Shown here one piece after another: positions 18,535 to 29,110 of a stretch of 64,000 nucleotides of DNA. The DNA comes from Syntrophales bacterium (GTDB lineage: Bacteria; Desulfobacterota; Syntrophia; Syntrophales; UBA2210), in NCBI GenBank assembly GCA_963662405.2, contig CAXXKT010000001.1, positions 32,001 through 96,000 on the forward strand. Reading direction: 5' to 3'. Position 1 is the stretch's first letter, and every line of letters starts with the position of its first letter. A program made the position numbers and the translations under genes. The notes below the pieces were generated by a model. That model was given only the letters and a program-made list of their open reading frames with translations. It was not told the DNA's origin and ran no database searches.

Positions 18535-19683
18535 ATGAAACAGATGTTCAGTACGACACCACGGATTATCATGGGGCTCGGGTCGATCAGCGATACCGGG
18601 GATGAGATCAAGCGACTCGGGATCGAAAAGGTCCTTATCGTCACGGGGACGAGCGCCACCGCCGGCAGGGCAAAATCTCTCGAGGCCTCCCTCAGGAAAG
18701 CGGATGTGAAATTCGCCTTCTTCGACGGGGTGGAACCTGAGCCCCGCTACGAGACGGTAGCCGACTGTGTCGATATGATCGCGCAAGAACGGGCACAGCT
18801 CATTATCGGCATGGGGGGAGGCAGTCCCATGGACCTGTGCAAGGTCGCGGCCGTGATGACCACCAACCCCGGACCGGTGATGGATTACGTAGGGGTCGAT
18901 CTGATCCCCAACCCGGGATTGCCGACCTTCCTGGTCCCGACAACCGCCGGGACAGGGAGCGAAGTAACACCGATCGCCATCCTCTCAGACGAAGGGGAAA
19001 AACTGAAGATGGGAATCGTCAGCCCCTATCTCTATCCATCCGTTGCAATCCTGGACCCCGAACTCACCATCGGACTCCCCCCCCCTGTCACAGCCGCCTC
19101 CGGCATAGACGCCCTGATTCATGCCGTTGAGGCCAGGACCTCGATCAACGCGAGCGGGATAACGGATCTATACGGTGACCGAGCCATACGCTTGATCATC
19201 GATAATCTGAGAGATGCCTACGCGAACGGGGGCGACATACAGGCACGCTCTGCGATGATGGAGGGGGCCCTCCTGGCGGGGATGGCCTTTGCCAATGCGG
19301 GGGTAACGGCGGTCCATGCATTTGCATTCCCGATCGGGGCCGGTTTCCACATCCCCCATGGTATTGCCAATGCCCTCATGTTTCCCCATGTCATTCGCTT
19401 CAATATGGTGGGGAATCTGTCGATATTTGCATCCTTAGCGGCGCCGCTCGGTATTCCCCGAGAAGGACTCGGTGACCGCCAGGTAGTCGAGCGGGTCATT
19501 GCCGCGATCGATCACTTGGCGGAAGATCTTCACATCCCGCGCCACCTGGCGGATTTTGGCGTCACGGAAAAGGATATTCCCTCTTTGGCCCACGGGGTCA
19601 TGAAGGTGACGAGGCTGCTGGCCAATAATCGAAGACCGGTGTCCTACGAAGATGCACAGATGATCTATACCGCCGCCCTCTAA
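18535..19683 (+). CDS. iron-containing alcohol dehydrogenase
   Basis: GGGSPMD, PTTAGTGSEVT, DALIHAVE, HAFA, IPHGIAN. Confidence 0.92.
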   Translation: MKQMFSTTPRIIMGLGSISDTGDEIKRLGIEKVLIVTGTSATAGRAKSLEASLRKADVKFAFFDGVEPEPRYETVADCVDMIAQERAQLIIGMGGGSPMDLCKVAAVMTTNPGPVMDYVGVDLIPNPGLPTFLVPTTAGTGSEVTPIAILSDEGEKLKMGIVSPYLYPSVAILDPELTIGLPPPVTAASGIDALIHAVEARTSINASGITDLYGDRAIRLIIDNLRDAYANGGDIQARSAMMEGALLAGMAFANAGVTAVHAFAFPIGAGFHIPHGIANALMFPHVIRFNMVGNLSIFASLAAPLGIPREGLGDRQVVERVIAAIDHLAEDLHIPRHLADFGVTEKDIPSLAHGVMKVTRLLANNRRPVSYEDAQMIYTAAL

Positions 19684-19695
19684 TACTCCTCCCCC

Positions 19696-19724
19696 TATGG
19701 CCGGGCGCTATGCGCCCGGCCATA
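19696..19724. terminator. hairpin between convergent adh and abfD
   Basis: Perfect 13-bp stem TATGGCCGGGCGC-TAT-GCGCCCGGCCATA. Confidence 0.7.
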
Positions 19725-19735
19725 ATAATCCACGG

Positions 19736-21190
19736 TTACTTACCTTGCTCGACACCGCTGAGCTTCTTGGCAACCTTCTTCTTCTCCTCCAGATTCACCT
19801 GCCGTGAGATCATGATCCGCTGCGCCTGCGGCGAACCCGCACCGTGCATCGACTCGGTCAGATACCCCACCGCAGCCGTCCCCAGCGTGATGTTCTCGAT
19901 CAGACGCAGCATCCGCATCCGGTCTTCCGTGGAGACGGCCGTGCTGGCCCGGTAGTATTTCTCAATCCATTTCCCGATCTCGGGGGATCGGAAGTCTTCT
20001 TCCGAGGGAAGGGTCACCATCAGACCGCCCGCAATGTCCTGCGCCAGACGCGCGATCTCGTAGGGAAACCGCGTCACGTTCTGCTTGCACACGTTCGCCA
20101 GGAGGGTGTTGACGTAGTACGTCCCGCTCGGCTCCTTGTGCCCTTCGGACGCACAGGCAATCGATCCACAGAAGAGGGTCTCATTGAGATGGTTCATCTC
20201 GATGATCTTGTCCTTCACGTGGGAGGCCTTCTGGGCACCGTTGTACTCGGCGATACACTGGGTCGCGCCGATGAGGACATCGCCCACACCCGCCTTGCAG
20301 GCGTAGCTCTGACGATGGTAGGAGGCGAACTGCTCCACCAGCTGGCCGGCGAATTCCCATTCCTTGTACATGAAGACCCGCTCCCAGGGGACGAAGACAT
20401 CATCGAAGACGACCAGGGCCTCATGGCCGCCGTAGAGCTGGTTCCCCCGGTCCATGGTACCCGCTTCCAGTTTCCGCGTGTCGCACGACTGACGCCCCAT
20501 GATGTAGGTGATCCCCTCGGCATCGGCGGGGAGCGCAAAGGAGATGGCATAGTCCTTGTCCTCCTCGCGCATGCTGATGGTCGGCATGATGATGATCTCG
20601 TGGGAGTTGACCGCACCGGTCTGGTGGCACTTCGCACCCCGCACCACGATCCCGTCTTTCTTCTCTTCCACCACGTGCATGAACATGTCCGGATCGTCCT
20701 GCTGGTGCGGGGCCTTGCCCCGGTCTCCCTTCGGATCGGTCATGGCGCCGTCGCAGGTCAGGTCGCCCTCCTGGACGTATTCCATGTATTTCAGGAAACG
20801 CTTGTTGTACTCGGTCCCGTGCTTCTGATCGATATCGTAGGTGGTCATGGACAGGGCGTTCATCGCGTCCATCCCCACGCACCGCTGAAAACAGCAGCCC
20901 GTCAGGGAGCCCAACAGCCGCCCCATCTTGGACTTCTTCACCAGGTCTTCCGTGCTCTGGTGGATATGCGTGAACCGGTTGACCTTCTTCCCCGTAATAT
21001 GAGAGGTCGCCGTCATCAGGTCCTCGTACTCCGGATAGTGGGCAAATTCATACGTCGCCGCCACCGCGTTCATCGACGGACGGATGATCGGATTGTCCAC
21101 CACGTTCTCCACCTTCTTCCCGAACATCCACACATTAAAATGCAACTTCCTCAAACTCTCCTCGTACTGCTTCGCGTTCATCATTGACAT
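19736..21190 (-). CDS. abfD: 4-hydroxybutyryl-CoA dehydratase
   Basis: CFQRCVG.D Fe-S ligands, MTDPKGDR, YHRQSYACK, ESMHGAGSPQAQ. Confidence 0.92.
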   Translation of the reverse strand: MSMMNAKQYEESLRKLHFNVWMFGKKVENVVDNPIIRPSMNAVAATYEFAHYPEYEDLMTATSHITGKKVNRFTHIHQSTEDLVKKSKMGRLLGSLTGCCFQRCVGMDAMNALSMTTYDIDQKHGTEYNKRFLKYMEYVQEGDLTCDGAMTDPKGDRGKAPHQQDDPDMFMHVVEEKKDGIVVRGAKCHQTGAVNSHEIIIMPTISMREEDKDYAISFALPADAEGITYIMGRQSCDTRKLEAGTMDRGNQLYGGHEALVVFDDVFVPWERVFMYKEWEFAGQLVEQFASYHRQSYACKAGVGDVLIGATQCIAEYNGAQKASHVKDKIIEMNHLNETLFCGSIACASEGHKEPSGTYYVNTLLANVCKQNVTRFPYEIARLAQDIAGGLMVTLPSEEDFRSPEIGKWIEKYYRASTAVSTEDRMRMLRLIENITLGTAAVGYLTESMHGAGSPQAQRIMISRQVNLEEKKKVAKKLSGVEQGK

Positions 21191-21302
21191 AGCTTTTCTC
21201 CTGTTTCTGTATTCTGCCACGACGCCCAAGTCCCCTCGAGCAGGCAGGGCAACTGCACTGCAATCAGGAGGATACGCATCCGCATCCTCCGAGAGAGAGA
21301 CC

Positions 21303-21318
21303 TACAATTTCCGTGCCA
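21303..21318 (-). promoter_or_regulatory. sigma54 promoter of abfD
   Basis: TGGCACGGAAATTGTA on the minus strand (perfect -24 box, TTGT at -12). Confidence 0.65.
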
Positions 21319-21402
21319 TAACCCCCATGTCCCCCGAGACAAAGCCGGGCCGCGGGATCGCGGCCTGAGACAATCGATCCCCGTACGATCCAACCCGTTT
21401 CG

Positions 21403-23151
21403 TTATGACGGATCGCATCGCTTCAGCTTACGGGTAATGGTGGAATGATCGAGGCCTAATGCAGCCGCGGCCTTACGCGCGCTGCCATGTACCTTGATCG
21501 CATTTTGGATGATAGCCGTCTCTATCCGCTCGATATGCTCCTTTAAGGTAACCCCGGGTTCGATGTCCGTCAACTTCATGGCATTTGCCTGGATCTCATC
21601 GGGGATATCCTGCGGGATAATTCGGTCATGGAGGGAAACTACCACCAGACTCTCGATAACATTGGCGATTTCCCGAACATTCCCCGGCCAGGAATACGAA
21701 AGCAATGCCTTCATGGCCTTATTGTCTATAACCCGCTTCTTGTTATATTTTTCGTTGAAATAATTGACGAAGAAGGTGATCAGATAGGGGATATCGTCTT
21801 TCCTCTCCCGCAGGGGAGGTATCTCTATGGAGACCACATTCAAGCGATAGTACAGATCCGCCCTGAATCGATTCTCGGCAACCATCTCCTTCAGATCCCG
21901 ATTGGTAGCACAAATGATCCTCACATCAACCTTTTTTGAACCCGTACCACCGACTCGCGTAATCTCGAGATCCTGCAACACCCTGAGGAGTTTCGGCTGG
22001 AGGGACGGCGGCATGGACTCCACTTCATCCAGGAAAATGGTCCCGCCGTCTGCAACCTCAAACATCCCCATTTTCCCCTCTTTTCTCGCTCCGGTAAAGG
22101 CACCCCGCTCATAACCGAACAGCTCGCTCTCCAGGAGGGTCTCCGGTATGGCACCGCAGTTGATCTTGACGAACAGACCCTTTTTAAACCGCAGAGACAT
22201 CTTATGGACCTCTTCCGCCAAACGGTCTTTTCCGACCCCCGTTTCCCCCGAAAAGAGAACGGTCGCATCGGTTTTACTGACTCGATTGACCAAGTCACAG
22301 ATATTCTGCATCGACTTGGATACGGCAATGAAGTCCTTCCCGAACGAAAAGGACTGCTGAATGGTTTTGAGCTTCTCCTTGTATGCGAGGGCCATCTCCA
22401 ATGAATCCTCCAACTGCTGCTGCAATTGTATCAACTGGGTCATATCACGATCGTTGGTCACCACCATGATGATGTTTCCCTCTTCATTGAAGACGGGGTT
22501 TCCCGTCACCAGCAATTCCTTTCCGGACCACAGTTTTTGCTTGAGTGTCTGTCTCTCTCCCGTCTCCAGGACCCTGAGGGTAACACTCTCGTTAAAATAG
22601 CCCTCCTTGACAAGGTCTCGCATATTATGCCCGACGACATCACTCCGGTTAATACCGGTCATCTCCTCATACGCCGAATTCACCATGAGCGTATTCGCCT
22701 CGCCGTCGGTGATATATATCCCGTCATACGATGACTCGATCACAGCCTCAACCGGTTTGAGGAGGTTTTTGTCTCGGGTGATGTCTTCGCTATCCATGGC
22801 GGTGTCATATAAAACGAAGATACCGACGATCTCTTTGCCCCATCGTATCGGCACCCGATCACATATGACAGCAACCCGCTTGATCTTCGTATATATGCGC
22901 GTCTGGGTCTTCCCCGTCCGCAGGGCATCCAGGATCTGCCCGGAGGATTCCTTGTCGAGCCGAGAGCAATGAAGGCGCTCGGGCGCACCCTCCCGTTTCA
23001 GATGGAAAAAGGAGCGGGCCATGCCGTTCGCGTAGATCAGATAGCCTTCTCTATCAAAGACGGTGACCGCCAGAGGGAAATCATACCACCCCTTCCTGAT
23101 CATATCCTCATTGGTGGGGAAACCATGTCCCGGTGGTTGATTTTCTTTCAT
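21403..23151 (-). CDS. sigma54-dependent activator (PAS-PAS-AAA+-HTH)
   Basis: GETGVGKD, ESELFG, GAFTGA, FLDEV, WPGNVRE, C-terminal HTH. Confidence 0.93.
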   Translation of the reverse strand: MKENQPPGHGFPTNEDMIRKGWYDFPLAVTVFDREGYLIYANGMARSFFHLKREGAPERLHCSRLDKESSGQILDALRTGKTQTRIYTKIKRVAVICDRVPIRWGKEIVGIFVLYDTAMDSEDITRDKNLLKPVEAVIESSYDGIYITDGEANTLMVNSAYEEMTGINRSDVVGHNMRDLVKEGYFNESVTLRVLETGERQTLKQKLWSGKELLVTGNPVFNEEGNIIMVVTNDRDMTQLIQLQQQLEDSLEMALAYKEKLKTIQQSFSFGKDFIAVSKSMQNICDLVNRVSKTDATVLFSGETGVGKDRLAEEVHKMSLRFKKGLFVKINCGAIPETLLESELFGYERGAFTGARKEGKMGMFEVADGGTIFLDEVESMPPSLQPKLLRVLQDLEITRVGGTGSKKVDVRIICATNRDLKEMVAENRFRADLYYRLNVVSIEIPPLRERKDDIPYLITFFVNYFNEKYNKKRVIDNKAMKALLSYSWPGNVREIANVIESLVVVSLHDRIIPQDIPDEIQANAMKLTDIEPGVTLKEHIERIETAIIQNAIKVHGSARKAAAALGLDHSTITRKLKRCDPS

Positions 23152-23206
23152 CGTGCCTCTCGTCGTGCTCATTTTTGCCCAGCCGACACACAAGAATGCG
23201 CGTCGT

Positions 23207-24277
23207 TCACCGTGCCGTGGGCTCGTAGATACAGAGCGGTTCCTCGGCCAGCCAGTCACCGGTGGCCTCGAACGCGCGGGCACGGCATCCCCCACACACC
23301 TTGAGAAACTGGCACCGGCCGCACTTTCCCTTATACTTGCTCAGGTCTCTGAGATCATTAAATATTTTAGAGTTATTCCAGATCTCCTCGAAACCCATTT
23401 CCGTGATCCGGCCGCAGTCGATCTCGAGAAACCCGCAGGGCTGAACCTGTCCGGTATGGGAGATGAAGCAGAATGAGCTCCCCCCCATGCACCCCCGGGT
23501 CATCGAGTGAAAGGGCTTCTCACCGTCCTGCGGTTTGAGCTTCCTTTCCTTGTTCCCCTGATGGAAGATCCGGTAGTACTGGGGGGCACAGGTGGCCTTG
23601 AGTTGAATGGGCGAGGTGAATCCCTGTTCGTAGAACCAGCCGAGCGCCTCTTCGTAATCTCCCGCCGAGATCTCCTGTTCGGCCATCTCCCGGCCGCGCC
23701 CCGTCGGCACCAAGAGGAAGATATGGTGCCCCGCCGCCCCCACCCTGATCGCGAGATCATAGATCTCCTCCATACGATCCAGGTTGAACCGGGTGATGGT
23801 GGTATTGATCTGGAATTCCATCCCCGCCCGCCTGAAGGCGTCTATCCCCGCCATCGCCCCTTCGAAGGCACCGGGAACCCCGCGGAAGGCATCGTGGCTG
23901 GCGGCATCGGGACCGTCGAGACTGATGCTGATCCGCTGCACCCCGGCATCGATCGTCCTGCGGGCGATCTCATCGGTAACGAGGGTGCCGTTGGTCGCGA
24001 GGACCATGCGAAGACCCTTCTCTGTCCCGTAGGACGCGATCTCAAAGATATCCTCGCGAAAATAGGGTTCCCCCCCGGTCAGGATAATCACCGGTGAGCT
24101 GAAGGCGGCGATGTCATCGATCAGTTTCTTACACTGAGCGGTATCGAGCTCTCCCTCATAGGGGCCGTATCTTGAGGAAGCACGGCAGTGGACACAGGAG
24201 AGGTTGCATCCCCGGGTCACCTCCCAGGCGATCATACGGAGCGTGTGGGGAAGGATGAGCGATTCGCGAGAAACCAT
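23207..24277 (-). CDS. ahbD: radical SAM heme b synthase
   Basis: WEVTRGCNLSCVHCRA, KATCAPQYYRI, SPASM cysteines; ahbC-hemB context. Confidence 0.88.
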   Translation of the reverse strand: MVSRESLILPHTLRMIAWEVTRGCNLSCVHCRASSRYGPYEGELDTAQCKKLIDDIAAFSSPVIILTGGEPYFREDIFEIASYGTEKGLRMVLATNGTLVTDEIARRTIDAGVQRISISLDGPDAASHDAFRGVPGAFEGAMAGIDAFRRAGMEFQINTTITRFNLDRMEEIYDLAIRVGAAGHHIFLLVPTGRGREMAEQEISAGDYEEALGWFYEQGFTSPIQLKATCAPQYYRIFHQGNKERKLKPQDGEKPFHSMTRGCMGGSSFCFISHTGQVQPCGFLEIDCGRITEMGFEEIWNNSKIFNDLRDLSKYKGKCGRCQFLKVCGGCRARAFEATGDWLAEEPLCIYEPTAR

Positions 24278-24280
24278 GGT

Positions 24281-25270
24281 CTATTCCGTCGAAGCGGCCG
24301 AACGCAGCAACTCGGCCGCCTCCTGTGCGAAGTAGGTAATGATGATGTCCGCCCCGGCCCGCTTGATCGAGAGCAGGGATTCCATCATGGCCCTCTTCCC
24401 GTCGAGCCACCCCCGTTCATCAGCCGCCTTGATCATGGCAAACTCACCGCTCACGTTGTAGGCGGCCACGGGGAGTTCAAACTCATCTTTCGCCAGCCGG
24501 ATAATATCGAGATAGGGAAGCGCCGGTTTCACCATGATGATGTCGGCCCCCTCCTCGACGTCGAGGGCGATCTCCCGGAGCGCCTCCCGGCTGTTGGGGG
24601 GATCCATCTGATAGGAGGTCCGGTCGCCGAACTGCGGGGCGCCCTCCGCGGCCTCCCGGAAAGGACCGTAAAAGGAGGAGGCATATTTGGCCGCATAGGC
24701 CATAATGGGGATATCACTGAAGCCGTCTTCATCGAGGGCGTCGCGGATCGCCAGGACCTGCCCGTCCATCATCGCCGAGGGCGCCACCAGGTCCGCCCCG
24801 GCCTGGGCGTGTGACCGGGCCGTCCGCGCGAGGAGTTCCAGCGTGGCATCGTTATCCACCGTCTCGCCGTCGAGGGCCCCGCAGTGCCCGTGGCTTGTGT
24901 ATTCACAAAGACACACATCCGTGATGACCAGGACACCCGGGACTTCCTCCTTGACCCGCCGGACCGCCTGCTGGATAATCCCGTCTTCGACCCAGGCACC
25001 GGAGCCCTCCGCGTCCTTCGTCTCGGGGATCCCGAAGAGGAGGATCGCGGGAATCCCCAGCCCCCTCACCCTCTTCGTCTCCTCTATAAGACCGTCGACA
25101 GACAGTTGGTAGTTTCCCGGCATGGAGGGAATGGGGTTCTTTACCCCGCTCCCGTGGGTCACAAAGAGGGGGAAAACCAGGTCGTCTACCGACAGTCGGG
25201 TCTCTCGGATCATCCTCCGGAGATTTTCATTTTTTCTCAGCCGCCTCGGGCGGTAATCAGGAAAGTTCAT
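24281..25270 (-). CDS. hemB: porphobilinogen synthase
   Basis: [29 protein letters not shown]. Confidence 0.97.
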   Translation of the reverse strand: MNFPDYRPRRLRKNENLRRMIRETRLSVDDLVFPLFVTHGSGVKNPIPSMPGNYQLSVDGLIEETKRVRGLGIPAILLFGIPETKDAEGSGAWVEDGIIQQAVRRVKEEVPGVLVITDVCLCEYTSHGHCGALDGETVDNDATLELLARTARSHAQAGADLVAPSAMMDGQVLAIRDALDEDGFSDIPIMAYAAKYASSFYGPFREAAEGAPQFGDRTSYQMDPPNSREALREIALDVEEGADIIMVKPALPYLDIIRLAKDEFELPVAAYNVSGEFAMIKAADERGWLDGKRAMMESLLSIKRAGADIIITYFAQEAAELLRSAASTE

Positions 25271-26454
25271 ACGGCACCTCGTATTTCTTCATTAGTCAGG
25301 TAACAGGCCGGATCGGGAGCCCAGAGGTCCCCCGTCGCCGCCTCGGCGCGGGCGCGAAAGTTTCCCCCGCACACATCGAGCCACCGGCAGGTCGCGCAGC
25401 GACCCGTTACGTAGGTCTTTTTATCTTTCAGTTGTGCCATCAGCTCGTTGGAGGTGTCCGTCCATATCTCGCTGAAGGGACGGTTCTTCACATTGCCGAA
25501 GGAGATCTCCCGCCAGAACTGATCCGCATATACCTCGCCGTCCCAGCTGACACACCCGATCCCGCGTCCGGAGTTGTTTCCCTCGTTCATCTCGAGGAGT
25601 CTCAGGACCTCGGCCGCCCGCTGGGGGTCCTCCCGGAGGAGGCGCAGATAGAGGTAGGGGCCGTCGGCGTGGTTGTCCACGGTCAGGACCTCCGTCGGCA
25701 TCCCCCGGTCGAAGAGGGCACGCGTCCGGTCCATGATCAGATCGACCACCTCCCGCGTTTCGTTATGCGGCAGGTCCTTGTCCATCAGGGCCGAGCCCCG
25801 CCCCGAATAGACGAGGTGGTAGAAACAGACCCGGGGGATCTGTTCCTTCTCGATAAAATCGAATACCGCGGGGATCTCACCGCTGTTCTCCGCCGTGATC
25901 GCGAAACGGACCCCCACCTTGATCCCCACGTCCTGGCAGCTTCTGATTCCCCGAGTGGCGGCCTCGAAGGCCCCTTTTACCCCGCGGAACCGGTCGTGGA
26001 TCTCTCCGATCCCGTCCAGGCTGATCCCGACATAGGAAAGACCGAAACCGGCAAGGGTGGCGGCCGTTTTTGCGGTAATGAGGGTTCCATTGGTCGAGAT
26101 GACCGCCCGCATCCCCTGTCCCACGGCGAAGTCGATCAGCTCGGGCAGGTCTTTTCTCATCAGGGGTTCGCCCCCGGAAAAGAGGACCACGGGTGAACCG
26201 AAGGAGGCGAGATCCGCCAGCAAGGTCTTCCCTTCCGCGGTGCTCAACTCATCTTTATAGTGCCTGTTCTGGGAGTTCGAATAGCAATGGACACACTTCA
26301 GGTTGCACCGCCTCGTGGCATTCCACACCACCACCGGTCGCTTGTCCCGGGAGAACTGGAGGAGGTGCGAGGGGAGCCGGTCCGACTGTGCCCCGTATCG
26401 GAGGACATCGGAGGGTTCTACCGCCCCGCAGTACAGTTTCGAGATTCCTATCAT
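25267..26454 (-). CDS. ahbC: 12,18-didecarboxysiroheme deacetylase (radical SAM)
   Basis: [10 protein letters not shown]...[35 protein letters not shown]. Confidence 0.92.
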   Translation of the reverse strand: MIGISKLYCGAVEPSDVLRYGAQSDRLPSHLLQFSRDKRPVVVWNATRRCNLKCVHCYSNSQNRHYKDELSTAEGKTLLADLASFGSPVVLFSGGEPLMRKDLPELIDFAVGQGMRAVISTNGTLITAKTAATLAGFGLSYVGISLDGIGEIHDRFRGVKGAFEAATRGIRSCQDVGIKVGVRFAITAENSGEIPAVFDFIEKEQIPRVCFYHLVYSGRGSALMDKDLPHNETREVVDLIMDRTRALFDRGMPTEVLTVDNHADGPYLYLRLLREDPQRAAEVLRLLEMNEGNNSGRGIGCVSWDGEVYADQFWREISFGNVKNRPFSEIWTDTSNELMAQLKDKKTYVTGRCATCRWLDVCGGNFRARAEAATGDLWAPDPACYLTNEEIRGAV

Positions 26455-27995
26455 TGTCTTTGTTTCCCCTTCGCTAATTCGTTCTCGATCCCCTCGACCA
26501 GACCGGGGATCGAATAGGGCCCCTGCATGATATCCACGTGCAGGCCGACTTCCACGCAGGCACGCTCGGTGACGGGGCCGATACAGGCAACCCTGACATG
26601 ACCGGGGATCGCCTCCCGGCCACCGACGATATCGATAAAGTTATGCACGGTGGAAGGACTGGTAAAGGTCAGGGCATCCACCGCTCCCTTCGCCATCAGT
26701 TCACGGATCTCGCTGCCGTCTCCGCCCGGGGATACGGTCCGGTAGGCAACGGCGACGTCCACCCGGGCGCCCTTCGCCGAGAGTCCCGCGGGGATAACGT
26801 CCCCGGCGATTTCGGCGCGCGGCAGGAGGACCCTCTTGCCTCCCATATCCATCTCTCCGAACGCCGCGACGACCCCTTCTGAGAGATACTCGTCGGGGAC
26901 GAGGTCAACGGGGATATGGTATCCTTCCACGCAGGCCTGCGTGGCCGGTCCGATGGTGCCGATCCGGATTCCCCGGAGATCGCGTATGTCGCCCCGTACA
27001 GCCGAAAAACGGTCGAAGAAGGACCGGACCCCGTTCGCGCTGGTGAAGATGATCCAGTGGTACTGTTCGATACGACGGATGGCGCGATCCAGGTCGCCGA
27101 AGTCTTCCGGCGGGGCGATCTCGATCGTCGGAAAGGAGATGACCCGCGCCCCTCTTTCGCGCAAAAGGGTCGCAAACTCTTCCGCCTGCCTCTCCGGCCT
27201 CGTGATGACGATCCCCTTTCCGAAGAGAGGGCGTTTCTCAAACCACGCCAGGCGGTCCCTGAGACCGACGACCTCTCCCACGACACAGATCGCGGGGGGG
27301 GCAAAGCCATGCTCCTCGGCCCGGGCGGCGATATCGGCGAGGGTCCCCGTCAGGGTCTCCTGGTCCGGGGTCGTTCCCCACCTGATCAGGGCGACCGGTG
27401 TGGCAGGGTCCTTCCCTTCGTTCATCAGGGCGTCCGTGATCCGGGGGAGATTCCGCACCCCCATCAGAAACACGAGGGTCCCCACCGTGGATATGCCTTT
27501 CCAGTCGATACTGCTCCCGCCCTTTGTGGGGTCTTCATGCCCCGTCACGAAGGCGACCGTGGAGGTGAGGGCCCGGTGCGTGAGGGGAATTCCGGCATAG
27601 GCGGGCACGGCGATCGCCGATGTGATCCCGGGCACTACCTCGAATGAAACGCCCGCTTCTCTGAGAAAATCGGCCTCTTCCCCTCCCCGTCCGAAGACGA
27701 AAGGATCGCCCCCTTTGAGTCTGGCCACGGTCTGTCCTTTCATGGCCTCTTCCACGAGGACCCGGTTCAGGTCTTCCTGAGTGATACTGTGCCGCCCTCC
27801 GATCTTTCCGACGTAGATGAGGCGCGCAGCCTTCCCCGCCCGCCGCAGGATCTCGGCGCTCACGAGGTAATCGTACACGACCACATCGGCCTTCTCCAGG
27901 CACTCCGCCCCCCGCATGGTCATGAGGCCGGGGTCACCCGGTCCCGCCCCTATGATGTATACCATTCCCGGCTTTCCTATATCCGATTTCGACAT
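26451..27995 (-). CDS. cobA: uroporphyrinogen-III methyltransferase/synthase fusion (CobA-HemD)
   Basis: [25 protein letters not shown], then ITRP, FTSANGV, FTSPSTV. Confidence 0.93.
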   Translation of the reverse strand: MSKSDIGKPGMVYIIGAGPGDPGLMTMRGAECLEKADVVVYDYLVSAEILRRAGKAARLIYVGKIGGRHSITQEDLNRVLVEEAMKGQTVARLKGGDPFVFGRGGEEADFLREAGVSFEVVPGITSAIAVPAYAGIPLTHRALTSTVAFVTGHEDPTKGGSSIDWKGISTVGTLVFLMGVRNLPRITDALMNEGKDPATPVALIRWGTTPDQETLTGTLADIAARAEEHGFAPPAICVVGEVVGLRDRLAWFEKRPLFGKGIVITRPERQAEEFATLLRERGARVISFPTIEIAPPEDFGDLDRAIRRIEQYHWIIFTSANGVRSFFDRFSAVRGDIRDLRGIRIGTIGPATQACVEGYHIPVDLVPDEYLSEGVVAAFGEMDMGGKRVLLPRAEIAGDVIPAGLSAKGARVDVAVAYRTVSPGGDGSEIRELMAKGAVDALTFTSPSTVHNFIDIVGGREAIPGHVRVACIGPVTERACVEVGLHVDIMQGPYSIPGLVEGIENELAKGKQRQ

Positions 27996-28011
27996 CACGT
28001 CCCCAGTGGTT

Positions 28012-28989
28012 TTATGTATATACCTCATCCAGGACTTCCCGCCCCCCCCGGGAGAGGATCCGCTCCGCAAGCGTGAGACCCATCTCTTCCGCGTCTGAAC
28101 TGTCCCCCCTGATTTCGTCCATGATCATCACGGTTCCGTCAACGGAACCGACAAGACCTTTGACAATCAGCCTGTCCCCCTGTTTGTGAGCGATACCGGC
28201 AATCGGTACCTGGCACCCTCCGCCCAGGCGCCGGAGAAACGCCCGCTCGGCGGCACTTTCCACCACCGTATCCGGGTGATTGAGGGGATCGACCAGATCG
28301 CGGATCACCCTATCATCCTCCCGCACCTCGATCCCCAGGACCCCCTGGCCCACCGCAGGCATCATGATCTCTATGGGGATATACTGCGAGATATCCGCCC
28401 CACGGCCGACCCGTTTCATCCCGGCGGCCGCGATGATGATCCCTTCCAGGTCCTCTGTTGCGATCTTCCGTATCCGCGTATCGATGTTTCCGCGGATGGG
28501 AACCACCTCTATATCCGGCATCAGTTTCCTGAGCTGCATCCCCCGCCGGAGGGACCCGGTGCCGATCCTCGCCCCCTGGGCCATTCCCTCGATCTTCCGT
28601 CCCTCCCGTGAAACGAGTACATCCCGCGGGTCTTCCCGCTCCGGCACGGCAGCTATCATCATGCCGTCGAGGAGTTCCACCGGGACATCCTTCATGCTGT
28701 GAACTGCCAGAGCGATATCACCGTTGAACAACGACTCTTCGATCTCCTTGACAAAGATCCCCTTCCCGCCAATCTCCACCAGGGAGACATTCTGCATCCG
28801 GTCCCCGCGCGTTTTGATGGGGACGACTTCGATGAAAAGCTCAGGGTACATTTTTTTCAATCGATCCGCAACCATCTTGGCCTGGGCCAGGGCGAGATCA
28901 CTCCCCCGTGTGCCTATCCGTATCGTATCTATGGTACCGCTCCTTTCGCACTGTATAAGAATGTAACCATTCGCATCATCCGGCTCCAT
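28012..28989 (-). CDS. hemC: hydroxymethylbilane synthase
   Basis: IGTRGS.LALAQ, AVHSMKD, GTGSLRR, GGCQVP. Start uncertain (see findings). Confidence 0.96.
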   Translation of the reverse strand: MEPDDANGYILIQCERSGTIDTIRIGTRGSDLALAQAKMVADRLKKMYPELFIEVVPIKTRGDRMQNVSLVEIGGKGIFVKEIEESLFNGDIALAVHSMKDVPVELLDGMMIAAVPEREDPRDVLVSREGRKIEGMAQGARIGTGSLRRGMQLRKLMPDIEVVPIRGNIDTRIRKIATEDLEGIIIAAAGMKRVGRGADISQYIPIEIMMPAVGQGVLGIEVREDDRVIRDLVDPLNHPDTVVESAAERAFLRRLGGGCQVPIAGIAHKQGDRLIVKGLVGSVDGTVMIMDEIRGDSSDAEEMGLTLAERILSRGGREVLDEVYT

Positions 28990-29110
28990 CTCTCATCGAC
29001 CGTTACGTCGCGGTCTTTATAAAAAGGTCTATACCACACATTCCCCCCGATTTGGTCCACCCGTTGCATTCAAATCCAGCCATTCGGGTCCTTCTTGGAA
29101 ACAGACCCCT

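Noticed and set aside
19844..21187. Long antisense ORFs (447 aa here; also 7589-8575, 31627-32616, 44038-45012, 45217-46296)
   Set aside because: They are shadows of GC3-rich genes on the opposite strand and carry no recognisable motifs.
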